DNA from: Candidatus Omnitrophota bacterium
GTDB taxonomy: Bacteria; Omnitrophota; Gorgyraeia; Duberdicusellales; 4484-171
Direction of reading: 5' to 3'
Assembly: GCA_023819315.1 (NCBI GenBank)
Contig: JAMWBQ010000012.1
Coordinates: 1 to 29,108 of the forward strand
DNA: 29,108 nucleotides
Numbering within the stretch: the stretch's first letter is position 1; each line of letters begins with the position of its first letter. The notes under the pieces were generated by a model. That model was not told the DNA's origin and ran no database searches. It saw only the letters and a list, made by a program, of their open reading frames with translations. The position numbers and the translations under genes were made by a program. Of this stretch, positions 20,571-29,108 are shown in pieces.

Positions 20571-20897
20571 CTAATTCTTCTTATCCCCAAAAGAAACTAT
20601 CTCTAAGAAAATATCATTAGCAAGAGAATATATTTTTTTCTCCATATTTTCTCTTAAAGAGCTCACCTGCTCTTTTATACTTCTAAGAATCTTTTCCTTT
20701 TCTCTCTGTAACTCATTTTCTGCCAATTCCTTATCTTTCTTTATAATATCCTCTACTTCCTTCAAGGATTCATCTTTAATCTTTGAAGCCTTAAGTTTTG
20801 CTTCCATAATTATGCGGTTAGCTTTCTGATTAGCCTCCTCTATAAGTTTTTCCGCCTCTTTTTCTGCTTCAACTATTCTATCTACAATCTCTTTCAT
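20571..20897 (-). CDS. Small coiled-coil protein, probably V/A-type ATPase subunit G/H (peripheral stalk).
   Basis: The 108-aa protein is a fully charged heptad coiled coil. Its ATG overlaps the SPFH stop (ATGA). Confidence 0.55.
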   Translation of the reverse strand: MKEIVDRIVEAEKEAEKLIEEANQKANRIIMEAKLKASKIKDESLKEVEDIIKKDKELAENELQREKEKILRSIKEQVSSLRENMEKKIYSLANDIFLEIVSFGDKKN

Positions 20898-21793
20898 TTA
20901 TCTTGCTTCTGATTAACAACTTCTTTTTTCTTGAAAATCTCCTCTTCAGAATGAGTTACCCGAAATATTGGCATATTAGCCTCTGTAGCTACGTATATAA
21001 CGTTGGGGTTTTGATTCAACGTATTTATCCAAAGATAGTGAAGATACTGGGAAGTGAGACTCTGATTGATTATTGCTTGGGCATCACGAATTCCTTCTGC
21101 TTCTACTCTTTTTCTTTCTGCTTCTAGTTTCTCTTTCTCTAAGACGAACTTCATTCTCTCTGCCTCTTGTTCTGCTTTCAATTTCTGCTCTATAGCTGAA
21201 CTAACTGTAGTAGGAAGAGTTATTGCTCGTAAGAGCACTCTTTCAATAATAATTCCTCTATCCTCTACCAAATTTTTAAGAGAATCGTATATAGCCCTAG
21301 CAAGCATCTCCCTTTCAGAAGTATAAAGTGCTTTAGCTTCATAACCAACGGTTACTCCTCTTGCTGATGCTCGAAACTGAGGGATAAGAACAACATCTTT
21401 ATATACAGGTCCTATGGTTTTATAAACATCTACTGCTCTTATAGGATTAAGCCTATAAAGCACGGATACATCTAAGGCGACATTTAACCCTTCCTTAGAA
21501 GGAACACTCATTGTCTCCTTCTCTTCCTGCGTTCTTATAGAAAGAGGAACAACTTTAACTAAAGGATTAACAAAATTTATCCCGCTATTCAAAGGTTTAG
21601 GAGAAACATAACCAAAGAAATCAACTACACCAACATATCCAGCAGGAACAACTCTAATAGAGCTAAACAGTACACCAATGATTAATCCTACTATGGTAGT
21701 AATAACTATTGGCTTTAAAGAACCTGTTTTTGCTAACTGGGTAAAAATAATTCCCACCACAAATCCCATAACTAAAATAATAAGTGCTGCCAT
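20894..21793 (-). CDS. SPFH/band-7 (stomatin/prohibitin/HflC-like) membrane protein.
   Basis: Two N-terminal TM helices are followed by VVPAGYVGVVDFFG...VALDVSVLYRL...EAERKRVEAEGIRDAQAII. A strong SD (AAGGGAGGTG) precedes the start. Confidence 0.85.
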   Translation of the reverse strand: MAALIILVMGFVVGIIFTQLAKTGSLKPIVITTIVGLIIGVLFSSIRVVPAGYVGVVDFFGYVSPKPLNSGINFVNPLVKVVPLSIRTQEEKETMSVPSKEGLNVALDVSVLYRLNPIRAVDVYKTIGPVYKDVVLIPQFRASARGVTVGYEAKALYTSEREMLARAIYDSLKNLVEDRGIIIERVLLRAITLPTTVSSAIEQKLKAEQEAERMKFVLEKEKLEAERKRVEAEGIRDAQAIINQSLTSQYLHYLWINTLNQNPNVIYVATEANMPIFRVTHSEEEIFKKKEVVNQKQDK

Positions 21794-21809
21794 ATAGCAC
21801 CTCCCTTTT

Positions 21810-21977
21810 TTAAAACCTTTTACGATAGTAATCTTTAAATATCTTCCCCATAACTGTAGAAATTAATCCCAAAATAAACAGCCCTAAAATCCTTCCCAGT
21901 CTAATCCTTCGTTTGTTTATAACGTATATAAAACCTATAAAAAAACCTATAACCGTAAAGAGTAAAATTAAAAACAT
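21810..21977 (-). CDS. Possible unannotated small membrane protein (55 aa, two hydrophobic helices) immediately upstream of the SPFH gene.
   Basis: The ORF reads MFLILLFTVIGFFIGFIYVINKRRIRLGRILGLFILGLISTVMGKIFKDYYRKRF. Its TAA stop lies 16 nt before the SPFH ATG, with the SPFH SD in between. Codon usage matches the host. It has no clear SD of its own. Confidence 0.35.
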   Translation of the reverse strand: MFLILLFTVIGFFIGFIYVINKRRIRLGRILGLFILGLISTVMGKIFKDYYRKRF

Positions 21978-22070
21978 ACTATTAAATAAATGAATTTAGC
22001 TTAACTTTTATCTAATGGATTTTCAGATTGTAATATGGACTTTCAATAGTATTTATTCTCAGGCAGGAAA

Positions 22071-22742
22071 CTATTCTTCTCTTTCCACAACGATTTCCTC
22101 TAAATCAATAACTTTTTTAGAAATCAATGTGGATTTACCATCCCTAATCAAATAACCGTTATTACCCGATTTTAATCCTAATCTATCTTTCTCTTCCTGC
22201 TCATTATCTTTAAACTCTCGCACCCTGCTACTTAATTCTCTCATACCCAATTTCTTTCTTCTTAAAACTTCTTTCACTTCTCCCAAACTGTTAATTCTAC
22301 CTGACCATAATCTAATCTCTTCCTTTAAATTGTATAACTCCTTATTAAGCTCATCGTTAATAATTCTATAAGTTTCTTTCTCTTCCTTCACCTTATCCAA
22401 TTCTTCTTTCAACTGAGCTAATAGACTCTGTAAATTCTCTGCTTCCCCTCTAAATTTATCCCTTTCCATAGATAAAGCAATTATACTATCCGCTTGCTGG
22501 TGTATTTTTTCATCTTGCTTATGTATTATCTCATCCTGCTGGGAAATTTTCTCTCCCATCTTTTCCAGCATAACATTTAACCCCTTATTCTCTCTATTTA
22601 AAAAGGAATTCCACTGTTCTAAATAGCCATTTATCCTCCTATAAGCAGTCTTCTCCTGCCAGAAAAAAACTAACCCTAATAACACTACAAAAATAAATAA
22701 AAGAAATAAACCTCTATTTACCTCAAATTTACCATTCATCAC
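22071..22742 (-). CDS. Membrane-anchored coiled-coil protein of unknown function.
   Basis: An N-terminal TM segment (GLFLLFIFVVLLGLVFF) is followed by a long coiled coil. It has an internal near-repeat (QQDEIIHKQDEKIHQQADSI). Confidence 0.5.
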   Translation of the reverse strand: MMNGKFEVNRGLFLLFIFVVLLGLVFFWQEKTAYRRINGYLEQWNSFLNRENKGLNVMLEKMGEKISQQDEIIHKQDEKIHQQADSIIALSMERDKFRGEAENLQSLLAQLKEELDKVKEEKETYRIINDELNKELYNLKEEIRLWSGRINSLGEVKEVLRRKKLGMRELSSRVREFKDNEQEEKDRLGLKSGNNGYLIRDGKSTLISKKVIDLEEIVVEREE

Positions 22743-22933
22743 CTACTCTCTTTTTAATTATTTTAAACTACTCTCCTTATTTGTCAATGAATTAAAAAAG
22801 TGTGTTAATGCAAGTTATTATTCTTTTTCGGTAATGTTTTTGCTTAGTCTTCAATAGGTGTAAAAAACAATTCCTGTTTTTCTTCCCTTTCGGATTTGTA
22901 ATTAATTCTCATAAAGGTTTGCTTGAGAAATAA

Positions 22934-23869
22934 TTATAAATTTAGTTTCTTTTTGAAATACTCAATTGTTTTTACCAATCCTTCTTCAAGTTTAACAATT
23001 GGGCTCCAACCTAAGATTTTTTCCGCTTTTCTAATATCTGGCTTCCTCTTCTTAGGGTCATCCTGGGGTAAAGGTAAAAATTTTATTTTCGATTTAGAAC
23101 CAGTCAATTCAATTATCTTATTGGCTAAATCTATGATCCTATACTCTTCAGGATTACCTATATTTAGTGGCAATTGATAATCTGTATCCATAAGCATAAT
23201 TATTCCTCTAACTAGATCATCTATATAGCAAAAAGAACGCGTTTGCAAACCATCTCCGTATACGGTTAAGTCTTCCTCTTTAAGGGCACTCACTATAAAA
23301 CTGGAAATAACTCTTCCATCATCGGGAAGCATATTTGGTCCATAGGTATTAAATATACGAGATACGCGCACATTTATATTGTGTTGGCGCATATAAGCGT
23401 AAACGAGGGATTCTGCTGCCCTTTTAGATTCATCGTAACAAGAACGCGGACCGGTTATACTAACATTACCATAGTACTCCTCAGGTTGAGGGTGAACTAA
23501 AGGGTCACCGTAAACCTCAGAAGTAGAGGCTAAAAAGAATTTTGCTCCTTTATCTCTTGCTATACCTAAGCAATTATGTGTACCTAAAAGCCCGGATTTT
23601 AAAGTCTTTATAGGATAGGCAAGATAATGTTTGGGAGAAGCGATAGAAGCGAAGTGAAAAACCCAATTTATCTCCTCCCTTATATAAAGAGGTAAAGAAA
23701 TATCATGAACGAGTAATTTGAATTTAGGAGAGGTTAAAAGTTCACTAACATTTTCTTGCGAACCAGTAATAAAGTTATCTACGCAAAGGACAAAATCACC
23801 TCTCTCTATAAACTTTTTGCAGAGATGTGAACCAATAAATCCACACCCTCCACTGATAAGAATATTCAT
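22934..23869 (-). CDS. UDP-glucuronate decarboxylase (UXS/UDP-xylose synthase-like), an NAD-dependent SDR.
   Basis: Motifs GGCGFIGSH, ASTSEVYGDP, CYDESKRAAE and RIFNTYGP are present, and the C-terminus DDPKKRKPDIRKAEKILGWSP closely matches the UXS1 family. Confidence 0.85.
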   Translation of the reverse strand: MNILISGGCGFIGSHLCKKFIERGDFVLCVDNFITGSQENVSELLTSPKFKLLVHDISLPLYIREEINWVFHFASIASPKHYLAYPIKTLKSGLLGTHNCLGIARDKGAKFFLASTSEVYGDPLVHPQPEEYYGNVSITGPRSCYDESKRAAESLVYAYMRQHNINVRVSRIFNTYGPNMLPDDGRVISSFIVSALKEEDLTVYGDGLQTRSFCYIDDLVRGIIMLMDTDYQLPLNIGNPEEYRIIDLANKIIELTGSKSKIKFLPLPQDDPKKRKPDIRKAEKILGWSPIVKLEEGLVKTIEYFKKKLNL

Positions 23870-24822
23870 TGGTTCTTATAAAACGATAATTTAAACCACT
23901 CTACTGTTCTCTTTAACCCTTCAGAGAAATCAACTTTAGGATAATACCCAAGTAACCTTTTTGCTTTAGATATATCGGCGAGCGTTTTAAAAACATCTCC
24001 CGGGCGAGGAGGAGTAAAGATGGGTTTAATATTTTTATTCATTATTGAATTAAGTATATCCACTAATTCTAATATAGAATGATTTAAACCATTGGCAATA
24101 TTAAAAACTTCTCCCTTCACTCCCTCAACCCTACTGGACAATATATTTGCCTCCACAACATTATCTATATAGGTAAAATCTCGGGATTGTTCTCCTGTTC
24201 CATGTATAGGTGGGGATTCATCTTTAAGCATACAGTTTATAAATTTAGGAATAACTACTGCATACTCATCATCTAAAGATTGGCGAGGACCATAAACATT
24301 AAAGTATCTAAGAGAAACTGTTTCTAAACCAAAATTCTCACTAAAGATACGACAATAGTATTCACCAGCCAACTTAGTTAAAGCATAGGGTGAGATAAGC
24401 AAGGGATAATCTTTCTCCTCTTCAGGGAATTTATTTGTCTCACCATATATAGAACTAGAAGAGGCAAATACAAACCTTTTCACTCCTCTTTCCTTAGAAG
24501 CTTTTAACATATTCAATGTGCCATTTATATTTACCTCGTTATACTCGTAAGGATTATTCATAGATTTTGGCACACTACGTAAAGCTGCTTGATGAAAAAC
24601 TACCTCTACATCTTTACAGGCATCTAAACACACATTGTAATCCCTTATATCACCCCTGATGAGCCTATAGCTTTCACTTCTCTCCCCTACCGCCTGAGAC
24701 AAATTCTCTTCCTTGCCTGAAGAAAAATTATCTAAAATTACTACGTAATGCCCATCTTTTAATAAACGTTCAACTATATGTGAACCAATAAAACCAGCAC
24801 CTCCTGTAACTAATAACCTCAT
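23866..24822 (-). CDS. WbpP/TviC-like UDP-N-acetylhexosamine (uronate) 4-epimerase.
   Basis: The protein reads GGAGFIGSH...SSSSIYG...SPYALTK...LRYFNVYGPRQ...VIPKF...SRDFTYIDNVVEAN, which aligns closely with P. aeruginosa WbpP. Confidence 0.85.
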   Translation of the reverse strand: MRLLVTGGAGFIGSHIVERLLKDGHYVVILDNFSSGKEENLSQAVGERSESYRLIRGDIRDYNVCLDACKDVEVVFHQAALRSVPKSMNNPYEYNEVNINGTLNMLKASKERGVKRFVFASSSSIYGETNKFPEEEKDYPLLISPYALTKLAGEYYCRIFSENFGLETVSLRYFNVYGPRQSLDDEYAVVIPKFINCMLKDESPPIHGTGEQSRDFTYIDNVVEANILSSRVEGVKGEVFNIANGLNHSILELVDILNSIMNKNIKPIFTPPRPGDVFKTLADISKAKRLLGYYPKVDFSEGLKRTVEWFKLSFYKNQ

Positions 24823-24851
24823 TTTGCCTCCTATTTAAAATTTTAAAATTA

Positions 24852-26156
24852 TCAAAGCCTCTCTACATTAGGATAATCGCGCTTGTAAACATTTCTCGTA
24901 TCAAAGATAAGCTGAGCATTGTTCCTTATATATTTATAATCAACTTTAGAATGGTCAGTAACAAGAATAATGCAATCGTAATTTTTTAGATTGTTTTTTT
25001 CCAACTCAATACTTTTTAAATTCATCTCCTTAATTTTTAAATAAGGAATTAAAGGATCATAGTAACTAACATTAGCTTTTTCTTTAGTTAGCTCTTCAAT
25101 CACTTCTAAAGCAGGAGACTCTCTTAAATCTTTCACATCCTTCTTATAGGTTACTCCCAAAATAAGAATATTTGCCTTCTCTAAACCCTTATTTTTCTCT
25201 CCCAACAATTTCTTTACTCTCTCTACCACATAGTTAGGCATAAACCTATTTATATAAGAAGCTAAATCAATCATCTTTGTTTTAAATCCCAACTTCTTTG
25301 CTTTCCAGGAAAGATAGATAGGGTCACAGGGTATACAATGCCCACCTATGCCCGGTCCGGGATAGAAAGGAATAAATCCAAACGGTTTTGTTTTAGCTGC
25401 CTCAATTACCTCCCATATACTTATCCCTAATTTATTACATACCATAGCAAACTCGTTAGCTAAAGCTATATTGACTAAACGAAAAGTATTTTCTAAAAGT
25501 TTGGATGTCTCAGCTACCTCGGGAGAAGAAACAATATGTACAGAGCTTATAATCTTAGAATATAAAGCTTTGGCTAACTTGCTAGATTTAGAAGAAAGTC
25601 CGCCTACAAGTTTTGGTATCTTTGTAACAGGAAACTTTTTATCTCCCGGATTAACCCTTTCGGGAGAAAAACACAAGAAAAAATCTTTCTCTTCTTTTAA
25701 ACTACTCTCTTTTAATATAGGTAAAACTACCTCCCTAAGAGTGGTAGGGAAAGATGTGCTTTCCAAAATAACAAAATGTCCAATCTTTAGATGTTCCTTT
25801 ATGCGTTTACTTGAATTTATGATGTAGGATATGTCAGGTATCTTTACCTTTCTCAAAGGTGTAGGAACACAGATAATTATTATATCGGAATCCCCCAAAG
25901 CTCCCTCATGGGTTGTGGGGAAAAACTTTTTCTTCTTAATCAAAGATAAAGCCTCCTTAGGGTCAACATCTACGATATAACGTTCCCCTTTATAGAGCCT
26001 ATCCACTCTCGAACTATCTGTATCTAAACCATACACAGTATAACCTTTTTTAGCAAAAGCTATAGCTAAAGGTAATCCCACATAACCTAAGCCAACTATA
26101 CATAAACGTGCGTGTTTATTTTCTATCTTATCGAGCAATGTTTTAAAATTATCCAT
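24852..26156 (-). CDS. UDP-N-acetyl-D-hexosamine 6-dehydrogenase (WbpO/WecC/Cap5O branch of the UDP-glucose/GDP-mannose dehydrogenase family).
   Basis: The N-terminal Rossmann fold is IVGLGYVGLP. The catalytic Cys motif is GPGIGGHCIPCDP, which is characteristic of the WecC/WbpO type. A strong SD precedes the start. Confidence 0.85.
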   Translation of the reverse strand: MDNFKTLLDKIENKHARLCIVGLGYVGLPLAIAFAKKGYTVYGLDTDSSRVDRLYKGERYIVDVDPKEALSLIKKKKFFPTTHEGALGDSDIIIICVPTPLRKVKIPDISYIINSSKRIKEHLKIGHFVILESTSFPTTLREVVLPILKESSLKEEKDFFLCFSPERVNPGDKKFPVTKIPKLVGGLSSKSSKLAKALYSKIISSVHIVSSPEVAETSKLLENTFRLVNIALANEFAMVCNKLGISIWEVIEAAKTKPFGFIPFYPGPGIGGHCIPCDPIYLSWKAKKLGFKTKMIDLASYINRFMPNYVVERVKKLLGEKNKGLEKANILILGVTYKKDVKDLRESPALEVIEELTKEKANVSYYDPLIPYLKIKEMNLKSIELEKNNLKNYDCIILVTDHSKVDYKYIRNNAQLIFDTRNVYKRDYPNVERL

Positions 26157-26168
26157 TCCATCTACCTC

Positions 26169-28271
26169 CTAATAACTTTTTCTTGCTCCTTTATAAGTAT
26201 GATCGAAGCCAAAATGTATCTTTTCAGGAAATGCTTTAAGGGTAAAAATAACCCAAAAAGTATAATTCCTCTCGCTATCTATATTAATTCCTGTATCAAG
26301 CCACCAACAGTGTAAATCCGTTCTTAAAAGATACTGCTGTTCTTTAAAATCGCCAGTGTTATACTCATTACGTAAATAGGCATGTAAACGTAAACGTTTT
26401 GTAAGCTGATAGTCAAAAGATAATGTGCCTTGACTACTTTCTTGTCGCACGTATCTATGCCCTAAAGCAAAATAATATTTATCCTCTGAAGAATTATCTT
26501 TAAGCCTTATATCAGCGTTGAAAGTCTTGTATCTTCTTAAAGGTATACTGTAAAAACTATCCCCTACCAAAGATAAACCCTGGTAAGGATAAATCTCCAG
26601 TTTGCATTTAATGTTATCAAAGTAACTGCCTTTCCCTTCATTATTAACTATATAATCCCACGAAGGAGCAAAGTAGATAAAATCCCATGTTTTTGTGCTA
26701 CTTTTAACCTGTAACTTATTATCCAAAATAAATGTCAAAATCTCTCTTCTCCCAATATCGTCGATATCATCAAAATGAAAATTATTTTGTGTTGAGGGAG
26801 GATGTATATAGCTATAACTTAATCGAGGAGTAATAAGATGTCGCATTCGCTCAATAGTAACACCTAAAATATTAAAATTGGTATCAAATATTCTGTGAAG
26901 TTTAGTGCCTAAATCTATACCAGTTAAAGGTGCTATTAACCATAAATTATCTTCTCCAAAAACATTTTTAGAATAAAAAGTTGTATAAGAACCCACGTAA
27001 GGATTAATGTATAACCATTTTATATTCTTTGTATAGGATAAAGTATTCTCTGAATGCATTCTTACCGCATCGTAATCTGTTGTTGAGCGGCTAAACTTAT
27101 AATTTAAATTACCAAGAGTTGATTTTGAGAATAGATAAAAGTTTGAATTGCCTATGCTTTGGCGATAAAAATTATATTCTAATTGTGGTAAATACTCAGC
27201 TTCCGTATAGAAACGATTCATTCGTTTACGCGTAAGTAAAGATAAAGATGAGTGATTAAAAGCATAACTCATAAGTAAATAGCTGTAAGGGTGGGGTTCT
27301 ACTTCATATTCACGGTAAAAGAAATCTTTCATAAAGTATTCATCGGAAAATTTATTGAATTCACCAACAACCGATAATTTTGGGTGATTAGCCCAATGGT
27401 AAGAAACTTGCCCTTTGTAACGGTCATCTTCTAAATACTTTGAGGATAAAAAGACCCTTTCAGGGTACATTTCAAAAAGAGAGTTCCTTTTATCTAAATC
27501 GTACAATTTATCCTCCAAGCGATAGTAACCTAAAAGTGCTTCTCCCAAAGATTTATCTTCTAACTTATAAGTTAAACCCTCGCCTAAGCCTCTCTTCTCA
27601 TACCAATCTAAATGAATTTTACCTCTGTTATCATCGTTAAAATAATAACGCCATCGGCTCAAAGTATATTTACCCCACTCTTTACTTTTACCCGGTGATA
27701 ACTCTAAAGGAAACGATCTATCCTTTAATGACTGGGAAAAATAAGGAATATAAAATATAGGGACATTCCCTATCTTTATAAACATATTCTTCGCCACTAC
27801 TTTCTTATTAGGATAAACAAAAATTCTTTTAGCGGTAAGACGATAATGAGGTTGTTTTAAATCGCAAGTGGTGAGATAACCTTTATTTAACCGATATTCA
27901 TCTTGAGAAATCCTCTCTCCTACTTCTGCCTCTCCATAAAAAGGGATTGCCTCTAAGTTTATATTATCAAGTTCTGCGCGATGATTATTAAAATCGTATT
28001 TACCCCCTTTAGCTTTAATTATTCCTTTTTCACTTTCAATATAAACATTACCCTTAACCTCTGCTCTATTATAATTTACTTCGTAAATAGCCTCATCACA
28101 CTTTAGAGTAATACCTTCATAACGCATCACCACATTACCTTTAGCTATAACTTTTCCTTCCTCTTTAAGATAACTTACCTCATCTCCATCAACAATAACA
28201 GGAGTAATTTTCTCCTGAGCATAAATATTAAAAGAAAATACTAAAAAAATCAAAACACAAAATAACCTCAT
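26169..28271 (-). CDS. lptD: LPS-assembly outer-membrane protein LptD (OstA family).
   Basis: A signal peptide is followed by an N-terminal OstA/LptA-like beta-jellyroll ([10 protein letters not shown]...GNV...A....Y.....A.L.GNV) and a large aromatic-rich C-terminal beta-barrel domain. The protein is 700 aa. Confidence 0.8.
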   Translation of the reverse strand: MRLFCVLIFLVFSFNIYAQEKITPVIVDGDEVSYLKEEGKVIAKGNVVMRYEGITLKCDEAIYEVNYNRAEVKGNVYIESEKGIIKAKGGKYDFNNHRAELDNINLEAIPFYGEAEVGERISQDEYRLNKGYLTTCDLKQPHYRLTAKRIFVYPNKKVVAKNMFIKIGNVPIFYIPYFSQSLKDRSFPLELSPGKSKEWGKYTLSRWRYYFNDDNRGKIHLDWYEKRGLGEGLTYKLEDKSLGEALLGYYRLEDKLYDLDKRNSLFEMYPERVFLSSKYLEDDRYKGQVSYHWANHPKLSVVGEFNKFSDEYFMKDFFYREYEVEPHPYSYLLMSYAFNHSSLSLLTRKRMNRFYTEAEYLPQLEYNFYRQSIGNSNFYLFSKSTLGNLNYKFSRSTTDYDAVRMHSENTLSYTKNIKWLYINPYVGSYTTFYSKNVFGEDNLWLIAPLTGIDLGTKLHRIFDTNFNILGVTIERMRHLITPRLSYSYIHPPSTQNNFHFDDIDDIGRREILTFILDNKLQVKSSTKTWDFIYFAPSWDYIVNNEGKGSYFDNIKCKLEIYPYQGLSLVGDSFYSIPLRRYKTFNADIRLKDNSSEDKYYFALGHRYVRQESSQGTLSFDYQLTKRLRLHAYLRNEYNTGDFKEQQYLLRTDLHCWWLDTGINIDSERNYTFWVIFTLKAFPEKIHFGFDHTYKGARKSY

Positions 28272-28924
28272 TTATTTAAAACTCCTTTCAACTTATCCCA
28301 ATCGGCAAGGAATCTTTTTATACCTATATCAGTCAAGGGATGCATCATAAGTTTCTCTATAACAGAAAAAGGAACAGTAGCTATATCCGCTCCTATCCGT
28401 GCTGACTCTAAGAAATGTATAGGATGCCTTATGGAAGCTACTATTATCTGTGTAGAAATATTATAATTAGCATAAATCAACTTTATATCCTTTACTAAAC
28501 TCATCCCTTCCGTAGAAATATCATCTAAACGACCAACAAAAGGAGAAACGTAAGTAGCTCCTGCCTTAGCCACCAAAAGAGCTTGCGTAGGAGAAAAACA
28601 TAAAGTGAGATTAGTTTTAATCCCTAATAAGGAAAGCTCCTTAGTTGCTTTTAATCCTTCTACTGTAGAAGGGACTTTTATAACGATATTAGGTGCTATT
28701 TTAGCTAACTCTTTAGCCTCTTTAACTATGTTCTCACTATCTAAAGAAATAACCTCTGCGCTTACCGGACCATCTACAATCTCACATATCTTCCTTAAAT
28801 GTTCTATAGGTTCAACTTTTTCTTGTGCAATTAGAGTGGGGTTAGTGGTAACCCCATCCAATACACCCATACTATTAGCTTTTTTAATCTCCTCAAGATT
28901 GGCGGTATCGATAAAAAGTTTCAT
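28268..28924 (-). CDS. tal: Transaldolase (short type, Fsa/TalC-like, 218 aa).
   Basis: The motifs [14 protein letters not shown]...GVTTNPTLI...IKVP (Schiff-base lysine region) are present, with a strong SD (AAGGGAGGTAG). Its stop overlaps the lptD start (ATGA). Confidence 0.9.
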   Translation of the reverse strand: MKLFIDTANLEEIKKANSMGVLDGVTTNPTLIAQEKVEPIEHLRKICEIVDGPVSAEVISLDSENIVKEAKELAKIAPNIVIKVPSTVEGLKATKELSLLGIKTNLTLCFSPTQALLVAKAGATYVSPFVGRLDDISTEGMSLVKDIKLIYANYNISTQIIVASIRHPIHFLESARIGADIATVPFSVIEKLMMHPLTDIGIKRFLADWDKLKGVLNK

Positions 28925-28960
28925 CTTCTACCTCCCTTACTAAATTTTTTTAAGAATTTT

Positions 28961-28989
28961 ATTTTATCCCATATTACTTAAGATTGCAA
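28961..28989 (-). promoter_or_regulatory. Candidate sigma70-type promoter for the tal-lptD-UDP-sugar operon. The -35 TTGCAA is at 28984-28989, the spacer is 17 nt, and the -10 TAAAAT is at 28961-28966 (minus strand).
   Basis: The minus-strand sequence reads ccTTGCAAtcttaagtaatatgggaTAAAATaaaattc. It lies ~35 nt upstream of the tal ATG and SD. Confidence 0.35.
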
Positions 28990-29015
28990 GGTATAATTTA
29001 TATTGTTAATGCAAC

Positions 29016-29060
29016 ATAAAAATGTCATCTTTTTTGCAAAATAGAAATGTCATCTTTTTG
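29016..29060. repeat. Two copies of a ~20-bp direct repeat, ATAnAAATGTCATCTTTTT(T)G, at 29016-29036 and 29041-29060. Their centres are 25 bp apart, upstream of the candidate tal promoter. This may be a regulator binding site.
   Basis: Read directly: ATAAAAATGTCATCTTTTTTG and ATAGAAATGTCATCTTTTTG. The core TGTCAT half-site resembles the half-sites bound by winged-helix response regulators (a PhoB-type pho box is CTGTCAT). Confidence 0.45.
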
Positions 29061-29108
29061 AAAGAAATTCTTCTAAAGTAATCTCTCTTCGTTTATTGTA
29101 TTCAGGTA

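Noticed and set aside
22071-22742. The coiled-coil protein as a candidate for the missing V-ATPase D subunit.
   Set aside because: It has an N-terminal transmembrane anchor and lacks the D-subunit N-terminal motif. It lies outside the ATPase operon, beyond a 277-bp gap.
456-28943. All plus-strand ORFs in the track (456..674, 1999..2196, 2460..2669, 12209..12430, 12859..13167, 13627..13866, 18716..19036, 19807..20025, 20903..21127, 21066..21326, 22923..23177, 25471..25827, 26112..26315, 27440..27640, 28605..28943) and the minus ORF 12232..12420.
   Set aside because: Each lies antisense to, or out of frame inside, a well-supported conserved minus-strand gene. They are short with low-complexity translations, and none has a start signal. 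They are taken as spurious.
1-29108. CRISPR arrays, IS elements or transposases, integrases, rRNA genes and phage genes.
   Set aside because: No regularly spaced repeats, terminal inverted repeats or recognizable mobile or phage proteins were seen. The window is densely filled with housekeeping and metabolic genes.

Overview
This is a 29.1-kb window from an AT-rich (roughly 33-35% GC), Lys/Ile/Glu-rich bacterium. It is diderm (LptD is present) and possibly thermophilic. Every credible gene is on the minus strand, and many adjacent genes are coupled by overlapping ATGA/TTGA start-stop junctions. Gene content is mostly housekeeping. In high-to-low coordinate order there is first a tal-lptD operon with three UDP-sugar enzymes (a WbpO-like dehydrogenase, a WbpP-like 4-epimerase and UXS-like UDP-glucuronate decarboxylase). 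Next come a membrane-anchored coiled-coil protein and then a V/A-type ATPase operon. That operon is headed by a small 2-TM ORF and an SPFH/band-7 gene, followed by subunits G/H-like, C, I, K, F, E and A, and it lacks the B and D subunits. Directly after atpA come a MazG-family NTP pyrophosphohydrolase, a PurF-like amidophosphoribosyltransferase whose N-terminal nucleophile is Ser rather than Cys, a hypothetical membrane protein, an MFS transporter and a peptidoglycan-binding lipoprotein. These are followed by tRNA-Met(CAU), trpB-trpA, an M16 peptidase, rsfS, dnaX, recR and a secreted TPR protein. After a 458-bp AT-rich gap comes polA. Two points stand out. (1) dnaX carries a candidate programmed -1 frameshift site (A_AAA_AAA_G, an immediate -1-frame UGA and a downstream hairpin) that would make a gamma-like 412-aa product. 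(2) The polA reading frame switches at about nt 470, in frame, from a Pol I polymerase domain that stops after motif B to a holA-like segment (DNA Pol III delta) of distinctly higher GC and different amino-acid usage. This is most likely an assembly or contig chimera, or otherwise a very unusual fusion. No CRISPR arrays, rRNA genes or mobile elements were seen.
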